NCBI GenBank assembly: GCA_910592345.1
Contig: CAJVPI010000036.1
Span: 53,210-73,209, forward strand
Source of the DNA: Paraglomus brasilianum
Lineage: Eukaryota
Length of the DNA stretch: 20,000 nucleotides
Reading direction: 5' to 3'
The notes under the pieces are model-generated. The model had not been told where the DNA came from, did not search any database, and worked only from the letters and a program-made list of their open reading frames with translations. A program made the position numbers and the translations under genes. Below, piece after piece: positions 1-10,308 of this stretch. Within the stretch, counting starts at the first letter, position 1; each line of letters begins with the position of its first letter.

Positions 1-14
1 CAGTGAAAACTCAC

Positions 15-581
15 CTCCAACGTGATAACTTGCTTCCACAAGGATGTCAAATATTTTCTTCTCATGCTCATGTTCTATTTGCGTTGTGTTTGCCATGATC
101 TAAAAAATAATAATAAGTTTAGTAATATCTCATTAAATGCAATCAATAACCATTATTACCTTCGAAAGAGGAGTAAGAAGTTGGATGGATTCACTTCGAA
201 TGAACGTTAGTTAAATAGATAATGAATTAATCAAACCAAATATGGTATCTTCTCAGCCAATTAATTCTCACGAACATTGCCGACAATCGTCATCCTCCGC
301 AGTACTCCAACAGTTTGAAGTAAATAGTATCAGTATCAGTAATATTAGCAATGGTACATAATTAGTATCACCAGACCTATTATATCCGTTCTTCCATGAC
401 TCGGTTGATAGATGATAATATATTAACGAACAGGGCTCTACAAACAAGTTAGCCAGTTTTGGCAATTATCATCATGATAATCAATAATATTAGTAGTGTC
501 TATCGTATTATTTCTTGAACCTCACAGTAAGTCCTTATTGAGGATACACAAAAATTCCAGTTTTTGTAACATACCTGACAT
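15..581 (-). CDS. 5' part of an intron-containing gene of unknown function; continues off the left edge of the window
   Basis: Manual splicing: ATGTCAG|GTATGT (581-575), then intron 574-438 with GCTAAC branch and TAG. Exon 437-272 possibly contains a further 72-nt in-frame intron with a weak GAG acceptor. Then intron 271-194 (GTGAGA..CTAAC..AAG), exon 193-160, intron 159-100 (GTAATA..TTTTAG), exon 99-15 and a GTGAGT donor. Phases are mutually compatible and give MSEPCSLIYYHLSTESWKNGYN...TAEDDDCRQCSESIQLLTPLSKIMANTTQIEHEHEKKIFDILVEASYHVG. Family not recognised. Confidence 0.55.
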
Positions 582-869
582 GCTAAGAGCTAGCCGAGAA
601 AGTTAGAAGTATAATAAAATTACACTACCCCGACAAACATTTGAACACTTTAACTTTATAAATTTCAAAACACACACATAATAACTGAGATAAAACAATT
701 GTGATGTGAACCTGGTATATTAATATTTGCAATGTCATCTTATTCGTTTATATTATCAATCAGCCTGCTGTTGTACAAAACATTGAGATCGGATCTACGT
801 GCTTTAGATTCTTTCCATTAGATCTCTGTTTCCGTTTTATAACTTCAAACTCTTTTTAAGCCAATCGTT
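582..869. promoter_or_regulatory. putative bidirectional promoter / 5' UTR region between divergent genes
   Basis: 288-bp AT-rich gap between a minus-strand ATG (581) and the plus-strand V-ATPase G ATG (870). Positional inference only. Confidence 0.4.
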
Positions 870-1512
870 ATGGTAAACGTCCACAGAATTCAGTTTACGT
901 GACTAGACCAGGAATGTGCTTTTTAATATTACGATCCATTTTATCTTATTTATAGGCTGCTTCTAACTCTCAAGGGATTCAGACGCTTGTGGAGGCTGAA
1001 AAGGAGGCTGCAAAGATAGTTCAGAAGGCAAGACAGTGTAAGAATGCAAGATAAAGGAATGCAAGATAAAGGAAGGTCATGTAATGCTATGTTATGCATC
1101 TACTTATGGAAGTTTGCTATGTCTTCGTTTAGATCGAATTGATCGACTAAAGGCTGCCAGAACAGAAGCGGCGAAAGAGATCGAGGATCTAAAAGCCCAA
1201 AAAAATGAAGAATTCCATCAATTTGAGACAGAGGTACTATATAATTATTTATAAGCTGACAGCGGTTACAATGTACCTTTTTATTGCTTCACAATGCTCG
1301 TGAGTTCTAAATGACAACTCATCCTGGTATAGCATGCTGGCTCTTCAGATCAAACTTTTGCCAAAATTACAACGGAAACCGAAGTTAAACTACAACAGAT
1401 TCAAGAGGCTTTCAATAAACACAAGGCAGTCGTCATTGAAAGACTTTTGTCGGTTGTAACAACGATAGAGCCTAAGTTACATCCTAATGTAAAAGTTGGA
1501 GATCAGGCTTAA
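870..1512 (+). CDS. VMA10: V-type proton ATPase subunit G (121 aa, 4 exons)
   Basis: Exons 870-872 (ATG only), 956-1037, 1133-1233, 1333-1512, all GT-AG. Product MAASNSQGIQTLVEAEKEAAKIVQKARQYRIDRLKAARTEAAKEIEDLKAQKNEEFHQFETEHAGS...IEPKLHPNVKVGDQA* carries the typical subunit G signatures (SQGIQTLLxAEKEA, ARxxRxxRLKxA, C-terminal PxLHxN). Missed by the ORF track because the exons are short. Confidence 0.95.
1042..1071 (+). repeat. 15-bp tandem duplication inside V-ATPase G intron 2
   Basis: GAATGCAAGATAAAG occurs twice head-to-tail (1042-1056, 1057-1071). Confidence 0.85.
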
Positions 1513-2412
1513 ATGGTTAGAACAAACACATATTTATTGGGTCCTCGGCGATTCTGCATGTTCCGAGCTTTCATGGAATTGGGAACTTGCACGGCAGTCA
1601 CAAATATTACTAATAAATAATGAAGAAGCGCATTCTTATAGCACGAAGATGAATCAGGATTGTTGCGAATAGTATAATAACATGAGAGAAAAAACTCCAA
1701 CAAATGTGATGCGTTTTATTCGATCAGGCACATGGGGAGTGGCACGCAATGAATGGAACTGGGGAAAATAGCCCCCTATTTCCCTCCCGCATTTATCGCA
1801 ATAACATCTCATTATTTTGCTTTGTAGGATTGCCGGCTGAGGCATATACGCTGAAATCAAAGCATACTAATACGTTTATATTATCCACTTTTCTGTAATG
1901 TCGCGACTCCCTCTGTCGTAACCGGGAGAGTATTGGAGGTGGGATAACTTTCATTGATATTGAAATGATAGGGATAACATGACTTACCGAAAGTACGAAA
2001 ACTCGTTTAATTAAATCTTATGCTCAAGATTATTATCAGAATAACAAAATTCCTCTACCCAATTCATATTATTATTGGATGTAGCAATATCCCACATTCA
2101 AGATGAAGTCTTATATTATATGACGGACTGCTCTTATGAGGTTAATCCACTTAACAGTATATTATGACATGACACAGCGATTCACCCATAATCTATCCTA
2201 TGTTCTATAGAAAATTTCCAATAAACCATAGAAGATTCTTCATCCTTAAATACTCCCATGTTTAATTTTCGTTAGTAATATTGGTCGCTAAAGTGCCGGT
2301 CACGATGCTTGACTCACGTTTGTCTTAGAAAACCTATTGACAATTCAAGCGGGTTCGGCATCATAAAACGTATGATAATAACCTTCCATCACGGCGGGCA
2401 TCAAACTCTTCC

Positions 2413-2760
2413 TCACGACGGTTTAAAACTGGGATATAAGGAGGCATAGTTAATCCAACTAGCCCTACCCCGGAGAAAAAAGTCCATTTGTAACTGAGGA
2501 AGAATTCTTGATACCTCGTTATCAGTAAGCTCCAGCTTGCCACCAGTAGAACTGCCGGAGTAACAAATTTCGGTTCCTAGGCCATCTGGTGTAATGAGCT
2601 CCCCGAGGGCGGCAAGGTTTGCATCTTAAATACGTGCGATAATAAGTCTTTGTAACCTCCCGTTCCATTGTCGTAGAAGACTCCCTATCAACATTGGCAT
2701 GATGTAACAGGACATAGGGGAATATTCTTGTGACAGTGGGAGTATAAATCTGGGTCTCAT
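2413..2760 (-). pseudogene. possible decayed coding fragment of unknown origin
   Basis: One minus frame reads 115 codons with a single internal TAA (2628-2626): MRPRFILPLSQEY...WNGRLQRLIIARI*DANLAALGELITPDGLGTEICYSGSSTGGKLELTDNEVSRILPQLQMDFFLRGRASWINYASLYPSFKPS*. Visibly more GC-rich than its flanks. No family recognised. Confidence 0.3.
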
Positions 2761-5006
2761 GAATTAGAAGTGAACATTCAATTTTTCAGCGGCACAAAGT
2801 TTACAGATAACGAACGCTCTTTTAGTAAGAGTTGTCGCGGGTCCCCTCAAGTATGAGCCGAACTGACGCATGAGCTGGTCGAGTGTTCGTCCTGCTCGTT
2901 TTTCAGACAAAATAAAAAAACTCGTAGTGCTTCTTCGTAAGTATTGGATCAACATGTAGTTGATGCGAAGAATTTCGTACAAAGCCAGTTATTATCGATT
3001 AATTTCGATGTCAGTTTGGTTGTACTAGCCATCCACAGGCGGAACTTGCTCTTGTGATATTAATATACATATTGGTAGAAATTGATTCCGTTATAATCGG
3101 AGAAATTGAACAATGAACTTGTGCCAAATAAAACAACTGTTTCCTTGAAGTTGACGTGCCTAATATTAGGTAAGAATGTGTAATTCTCAAGTCAACGCGT
3201 GCTTAACCTTTACTAACTAACCTGCATCCCAATTAAAACTAGGAGATAAGTTATACATAACGTTATTTCAGGATGTACAGCCAAAACACCTGCCGAAATC
3301 AAATCGAGGTTATATTAGCGTATTCAAGTATACATGAAATTTACGACAGTGATATATAGGCTCATCACCATTAGAAAATTCTTTCACTTGTGAGTATACA
3401 GAGCTTTTCGTTTCCTGCAGAAGTTGATGTAGGCAAGACAAAAAGCCGAACAATCCGCTACATAGAATTATTAATAAACACCAGCATTTAAATGTAAATA
3501 GTCTCCATCAGTATGTCGGTCTCAGCTGTCAAGCTCTTTCTTCGGTACGTCTGCAATGTATTCATCGCGTGATTCGGAGTTCCTCCGCATCGCTTCTTCG
3601 TCTGATTCTCTGTTATCTTGTTCATCCATCTCTCCACCCCAAATGTTCTCAATGATATCACTGATATCAATTTCTCCCCGCTGTTAATAGCACATCGTGT
3701 GCCTCCTTGATACCGATAATATTCTTCTCGAGTGCGGGAGGGGGGAGGCATCCCAATCCCAGAACAAATCAAACCGATTTAGCATAAGCTTTAGCATCGT
3801 CGTGTGGTAAAGTGTTCACCGTTTTTCCTTTATCGGGCTTATTTGAAATCTCGCATATCCCGTTACACAAAAACTGAAATTTCCCATGACTAGAACGCGT
3901 GGTAGAATCTTTCTGAACATCTAGTATGCCCTATAACGCACTCACTCATTACACGCATCCCAAAAACCTCATTATGTTATTACTAAGCATAGATTACTAA
4001 GTACTGAAAGTAATTGCGCCACACTGACATATTTAATGTCTTGCCAATTAACAACAGAAGTTTTTCTATTCTAATGCTAAATGGTTTTTCTTTTAATGTG
4101 CATGTGGCTAAAATGCAAGATAGGTTGTCGCACGTCATTTTTTTATTAATTTTTGCTTATGTCGCGAAAAAGTTTTTTATTGACTTGCAAGTAATATTGC
4201 TCGTATAACAGACTATGATCCAGTTTGTAATCAATGGTTTGATTTTAATAAGAATTTTACTAGAGCACGATAATTTAGTCTATTAAATGCGCGTTTCGTT
4301 GGCAATTGATTTGCAGAAGCAATATTCTTATTAATAATAACATAATTCCTCAACCGTAAATAGATCCAGCACATACTTTATCCAACTCTCTTCGACAAAG
4401 GTCTATACGATAACCGTAGTCTCTATGACTAATAGGTAGCTATATAAAAAAGTTTGCGTGCGTCTGATTACAAAAACTGTTTGGTGAAACATATCCGAAT
4501 CGTTTCATCCTTCACATTTCCCTTTGAGCCAAGTGTAAAAGCAGATGTACGGTCACTTTTGCATATAAAGAAATAAATCCACAGCTCTGTGCTTTCGGTT
4601 CGTTTTATTATTTGACTTGTATGGACATACTAGTCATGGAACATGTTTTTAATAAAACGTCTTATGGTGAATACGAGAGATATTCCCGATAGAAATGGTT
4701 CAATATCGAGTATGAAGAGAACTATTACAGTATATAGTTTGGTTTTCTTGAGTATAATTTTCCATAGATAAGTTTCAAAAAATGGTTTCTCTCCAACCAT
4801 TAAATTAAAATGGGTCAAACCTTTTATCATTATTGAGTACGATTCAAGCTTTAATTATTTTACAAAGCCAAAGATAAGGTTTCTGAGATAATTGCACTGT
4901 GTCAAAACTTTTTGAAACCCACCCATGTAATTTTGTTATACCATTGCCTGAATTGTATAATGGCTGACACTCTTGAGTAACTCTTTATCCTTTAAATCAT
5001 TACGTA

Positions 5007-6133
5007 CTGTGTAACAAAGTTTTTTCGCGTACTTCAAATGTTAGCAACTTTTTCAAATAAATGCAATGCGCGTTATATTTAAAAACACATAAACAAGCAG
5101 TACCAAACTGTAAACAAATAAAGTTTAAAATGGTTTTTTGTTTTGTTTTTGTTGAGAAGTTACTGCTAACGACATTTTATATCAAAGAAAAACTATGGCT
5201 GAATGGAATTACAAAAATAATACATTCCAGGACTGGCATCACAAAATCAACTATCTATCTTAAAAACAGGGAATAATTTAAGAAAATCAGCAAGTGGTCC
5301 CAAGAAAATCCCGCACATGAATTGAGAGCAATAGCTCAATATTTGCGTCGTAACCCGACTGTATACGAGAAATTTGGTGATTAAATTGACGAAAAATGTC
5401 ACAAAGGTGTCTCATATGTCAATTTTAAGACATTTGGCAAGATTGGGTTACCAAAACAGTCTGCCTCTAAAGACACCTATGCTTACGGTTGCTCATAAAA
5501 AAGCTCGCGACCAGACACCTCAATGACAATTGGGAGGCCACATTATTTTCTGACGAAACTGCTTTTCAGTTATTCAGAAACACAATAACCCAACGGTATA
5601 AGGGCGAACAACCAGTCCAGCGGATTCCTAAAGATTGGACTAAAATCTTTGCACGGGATTTTGTATACGCGGAAAAACTTCTCTATTTTGCTTTAGGAAA
5701 TGCCTGAGCAACATGACTTGTTATTGTATGCTTCGGGTCATTATCTTGCTGGAAGCGCCAATTGCTCCTAAAAAGTTGGTTAATTTCTTACGAATGACCT
5801 CGCAAAATATCAACGTAAAGTCATAATGTTCCTTAGCGAAAACTTTTGGACTGGCCTTCCAATAGTCCAGACTTCAACCCTATTGCAAATCTTTGGGCCA
5901 TTGTTAAAAGAAACGTAGAAATGCATATGCCTAAAAATCTTTCAGAATTAAAGCAGTATATGGCAGAAGAATGGGATAGAATTCCGAATAATGTTCTAAT
6001 TAACTGTATCAGGTCAATGAGAAGGAGATATGAGATGATAATAGAAAACAATGGTCGTTAATTTTATGTCAATAAAAACTTTAGATTATGCAAGAAGTAA
6101 ATAAAAAATCCCAAACCCTTTGTTACAACACTG
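5007..6133 (+). mobile_element. degenerate Tc1/mariner-superfamily (Tc1-like) DNA transposon, copy 1
   Basis: TA at both ends (5005-5006, 6134-6135). Imperfect TIRs: left CTGTGTAACAAAG vs right reverse complement CAGTGTTGTAACAAAG. Internal transposase motifs HLNDNWEATLFSDETAF, QQDNDPKHT (inverted) and DWPSNSPDFNPIANLW. Confidence 0.9.
5196..6061 (+). pseudogene. Tc1-like DDE transposase pseudogene (frameshifts, internal inversion)
   Basis: Fragments lie in several frames: HTH-like WLNGITKIIHSRTGITKSTIY, PLKTPMLTVAHK, LFSDETAF (first D), WPSNSPDFNPIANLWAIVKRNVE (catalytic E replaced by A), and C-terminal IRSMRRRYEMIIENNG. The 5' boundary is approximate. Confidence 0.85.
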
Positions 6134-6520
6134 TACGTCAAGTACAGTTAGTTTTATAATCGGAAAGCACGAGATTTCTGGTTAGTAATTTTATTTTTCT
6201 ATTAGAATTATCAATAAAACGTCAATGTCAGGATAATTTGTTTTATTCACAAATACATCATCTTGAGGTTATAAACGTCAATTTTATTTGAGGAAACAAG
6301 CAAAGGTTGTTTGAAAAAAATTATATACATACATAAATTGCGCTTCCGAGAGTCTTTAATAATATCAATGAAATGAGTTCAATATATTCTACAAGATCTT
6401 GATCCCGATTGGTGCTTTTGCATCTGCAAGTCACATGAATATAGATTGTACCACCAACAATTTCCGAATTATCTACATATAAATGAGATTATCCGCAGTT
6501 CGCATTCCCGTTGCATCGTA

Positions 6521-8815
6521 ATGGATACACCTCAAGAAACACTTAAAGAGAAGATAAAAAAACAAGGCGATCTTGTGAGGTCACTGAAGGCTGCTGGGGC
6601 TGAAAAGGCGGAGATTGATGCAGCAGTGGGCGTATTGTTAGGCTTGAAAAAGCAACAGACTGGGTCGAGTGGAACGTCAAAGAGTAAAGGACCAAAATTC
6701 ACACTAAAGACACCAAAGGCATGTCAGATAAGCTTGAATTCCTTTTTAATCAAAAGACACTGTTCAATTTTTACATCCGAATAAACGTAATATCTTGTTG
6801 GCGCCTTCAAATGTTGTATTGCATGACATTATTCTTGAATAGGGTACTCGTGATTATAACGATAAAGAAATGGCGATCCGGGAAAAGATCTTCTCCACAA
6901 TCACCTCTGTCTTCAAGAAACATGGTGCAGTCACCATAGACACACCAGTGTTCGAGTTAAAGGAGATTTTGGCGGGCAAATACGGTGAGGACAGTAAATT
7001 AATATACGATCTTGAAGATCAAGGCGGGGAAAAGTGTTCTTTGCGTTATGATTTAACGGTAAGTAATGTAGTCTTTGATACTTGATTATTTGAGGTTGCG
7101 AAAATTAATTCGAATCGTTGTTTTTTTCAATGCGTAGGTACCATTTGCAAGGTTTTTGGCTATGAATGGCACGCAGTATCCGAATATTAAGCGATATCAG
7201 ATTGCAAAAGTGTACAGAAGGGATCAGCCTGCAATGACTAAAGGTCGAATGAGAGAATTTTATCAATGTGTAAGTAATATTCGGTTACGTAGTCGATGAG
7301 AAATGTTACCCTAAACACCTTATTTTTGATCTGAAATCTGCATTCTTTAGGATTTTGACGTTGCCGGTGTATATGATCCGATGGTAGCTGACGCAGAAGT
7401 TGTTAGAATAATGTGCGAATGCTTGACTGCACTTGACATTGGCAATTTTACAATCAAGGTAGTGTTGCGAGTAGAAGTTTCTAATATCCGACTGGTACCG
7501 CAGTCTTTTAAAATCGCTTTTTTGTAGATAAATCATAGGAAGTTGCTTGATGGTATATTTGAAATATGTGGGGTGCCCGAAGCCAAAATAAGACCAATAT
7601 CGTCAGCTGTTGATAAATTAGACAAGGTAATGTAGGGGAAGTATTATGGGTATTTCACGCTATTTTCGTGTGATTGAACGAGCTTCAATTGTCAGCTACC
7701 ATGGGAAGAGGTGAAGAAAGAGATGTTGGACGAAAAGGGATTAGATCCTGTAGCAGCAGATCGCATTGGCGAGTATGTGATCTTAAAAGGTATAGACAGA
7801 TGATCAAGAGACTCTTTCACTACTACAAGCTGACTGTCCATTTTGTAGGTGGCAAAGAACTCTTGACTCAATTGTTGGATAACAAAGAGTTAGTGTCTAA
7901 CAAGAATGTGAAGGCTGGCCTAGACGATATGATCCTTCTGTTCCAATACTTGGAAATCTTCAATGTTCTCGACAAGATGTCTTTTGATCTAAGTCTTGCA
8001 AGAGGCCTAGATTACTATACTGGTATTATATATGAAGCAGTCACGGAACAATCTGGACAACCAAGTAAATGAATATAATTTGTTGATAATTTGTTTATTT
8101 AATTTATGACATATAACTTATCACCATTCACTTTCATTCAATGTTACTGTCGTCCCTTCGCAGAAGCGGAAGATGGCATACAAATAAAAAGAAAGACCAA
8201 GAAAGATTCTGATGAACTCGACGAAACGACTGTTGGTGTCGGGTCGATTGCTGCTGGAGGTCGTTATGACAATCTTGTGGGAATGTTCGCTAATACTTCG
8301 AGTGGTGGTATACCATGTGTTGGCGTGAGTATTGGAGTTGAACGTGTGTTCTCTATATTATTGCAGAGAGCTCAGTTGACTAGTGTTAAGGCAAACGAAG
8401 TCGAAGTTTATGTGATATCAGTAGGAGATGGGCTGTTAGAGGAGAGGATGGGTATATGCACTGAACTCTGGGATGCAGGCATAAAGGTTCGTAAGTTGCA
8501 CGTATCTTGCAGTCGAGTTTTGAGGAATAAAAGCATTGTATTGACTATCGTTATTGTGAATGGAAATATTGCATCTACAAAAAAAAACCAAAACAGGCAG
8601 AGTTTATGTATAAGCGTAAACCTAAACTTCAAGCTCAATTTACAGTTTGTGATCGTGATCAAATTCCATATGCCGTCATTGTAGGAAAAAGTGAACTAGA
8701 TCGTGGTGAAATCAAAATTAAAGATATGAGGTCAAAAGAGCAAGGAGAAGGCGGTGGCATAATTGTGCCACGATCACAAATGGTTGAAGAATTAAGAAAA
8801 CGGTTAAGAAACTAG
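6521..8815 (+). CDS. HTS1: histidyl-tRNA synthetase (class II) with N-terminal WHEP domain, 534 aa, 9 exons
   Basis: Exons 6521-6718, 6843-7058, 7138-7269, 7351-7458, 7528-7626, 7696-7789, 7849-8064, 8164-8486, 8597-8815 join in frame (1605 nt). Motifs [87 protein letters not shown] and a C-terminal anticodon-binding domain. Confidence 0.97.
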
Positions 8816-9298
8816 GTGGACTTTGACAATTAAAATAAAAGAACATTAGACAAGACAGACGGAATATTACGCCTGTGGCAATGACAACGTTGACAACAAC
8901 GTTCTTGTGATGTATTTGTTAACTCATAAAGAGGTCTAGACATCACAATGCGAATAACCACCCAGACTTCATTAGATTGTATTTCATCGATAAGTTTTGT
9001 TTAGCATTGTGTCCTTTGTCCATTATCATTAATAGAAGCCACACAGCACAATCCAAATTTACGAACTTACCAACACGAGTTCAAGAATTACCAACTTTGC
9101 GGTCAGACATTGTTAAAGAATTGCTTACAATTGGAAACAAGGAAAATTTAATTAATGGCTCCATATAATAGTAATAGCAGGAAACAAGCACAAACGCGAA
9201 TTTCTGCGCATCAATTACCATTGGTCACGCATATTGTAGAAGGTTCCTAATATGGTAATAGTAAGTCGCCAATACAAAGAACAAAGGTGAAAGAAAAG

Positions 9299-9422
9299 GT
9301 AAAGCAGAGAGACTTTCAATCTTCCCTTGCAAAGGAGCCACTAGCTAGAATTAATAAGAAAATATCATAGGAAACATTGGCACGACTGCTACGCAAGCAC
9401 CCACTGCTACACCAGGTAAGTC
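9299..9422. repeat. direct repeat, copy A (124 bp)
   Basis: GTAAAGCAGAGAGACTTTCAATCTTCCCTTGCAAAGGAGCCACTAGCTAGAA (52 bp) is identical to 10309-10360. The remainder aligns with two 10-bp insertions and 3 substitutions and ends CACCCACTGCTACACCAGGTAAGTC. Confidence 0.95.
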
Positions 9423-9437
9423 CTGGTGGAGGTATTA

Positions 9438-9822
9438 TTATCTGTTAAGAATATCACCGTAATATTCAATATCCATTCCGCGTTTTATCTTGGTAATTCT
9501 TGTAACGGAATGGCAGATGTCAGGAGCAACCATCTGATGGCAGGCCCTTCGAGATATGTGACAGGATAAGCTGATGCTATGAAGAATCCAAAACACATGA
9601 AGTAAATGTCACATACCATGGAGAAATTGCCTGTACCCATAGGCCAATAGCTGTACCATTTCGAAATGTGAAAACGGTGTCATTCCAATTTACAGCACCG
9701 TTTGCCACGAGAGTTGCAATGAAAGCCCTTTTCGTTTGACCTGGGACGCCGTTTCGGCAGTTCGCCACAGCCGGGTTGTCATTAAACCCTGCGTCATTCC
9801 ATTGAAACACAAGGGCTGGCAT
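9438..9822 (-). CDS. small uncharacterised protein (104-aa core, 2 exons; possible upstream exons to ATG 10119)
   Basis: Exon 9822-9617, intron 9616-9547 (GTATGT..AAG) and exon 9546-9438 give MPALVFQWNDAGFNDNPAVANCRNGVPGQTKRAFIATLVANGAVNWNDTVFTFRNGTAIGLWVQAISPWACHQMVAPDICHSVTRITKIKRGMDIEYYGDILNR*. The frame is open upstream to an acceptor at 9898-9897. A candidate first exon MSNFFKRLLQK starts at 10119, but its phase linkage is ambiguous. Confidence 0.7.
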
Positions 9823-10308
9823 CTTTTTTCTTAATGCACGGAGGACAATGGTCGCGATGGTAGAGTCTTGTAAGACCAGGGGAGGATGTTGTACGTCTAA
9901 ACATCCGAGGGTATCAGTGAGGTAATTTTTGTAGTTAGTTCCCAAATTCAATTTTTACCTACCTGTACCACTCTTGCAAGCCAGTAATCAGGACGTTTAT
10001 GCTTTGGACTATAATTATACAGTTGTAACGTGAAAAACGTGAAAACAGTCAATACTTTACACTACAGTTGAGAAAGACTCAATACCTTTCTGGAGGAGTC
10101 TTTTGAAAAAGTTTGACATTTTAGATAAGTTCACCGACCGATAATACGAGTAACGGTAATTAAATCATGATTCAGTGATATACGTCATGGGAATTATTTT
10201 TCTCCTGATATGTTGTATGGGGTTGCTAATGCTAGTATTCACTGAGCTTCGTGGAAGTACATTCCTTGGGTCTTCCTATCTCCAATCACTTCCCTGGAGC
10301 CAATAATA

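Noticed and set aside
1509..1860. Short minus ORFs including CYCDKCGREIG (zinc-finger-like half site)
   Set aside because: No second Cys/His pair and no convincing splice model; may be decayed sequence.
4014..4830. Short ORFs upstream of Tc1 copy 1
   Set aside because: All frames I read are interrupted by stops and show no recognisable domain.
7306..8662. Minus-strand ORFs 7306-7536 and 8408-8662, and the odd N-/C-termini of plus-strand ORFs
   Set aside because: Antisense shadows or intron read-through of the HisRS gene.
9412..9421. Minus-strand ACTTACCTGG in both direct repeats resembles the 5' end of U1 snRNA
   Set aside because: No U1 loop I (GATCAC), loop II (ATTGCAC) or Sm site follows. 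It is simply the complement of a consensus 5' splice site.
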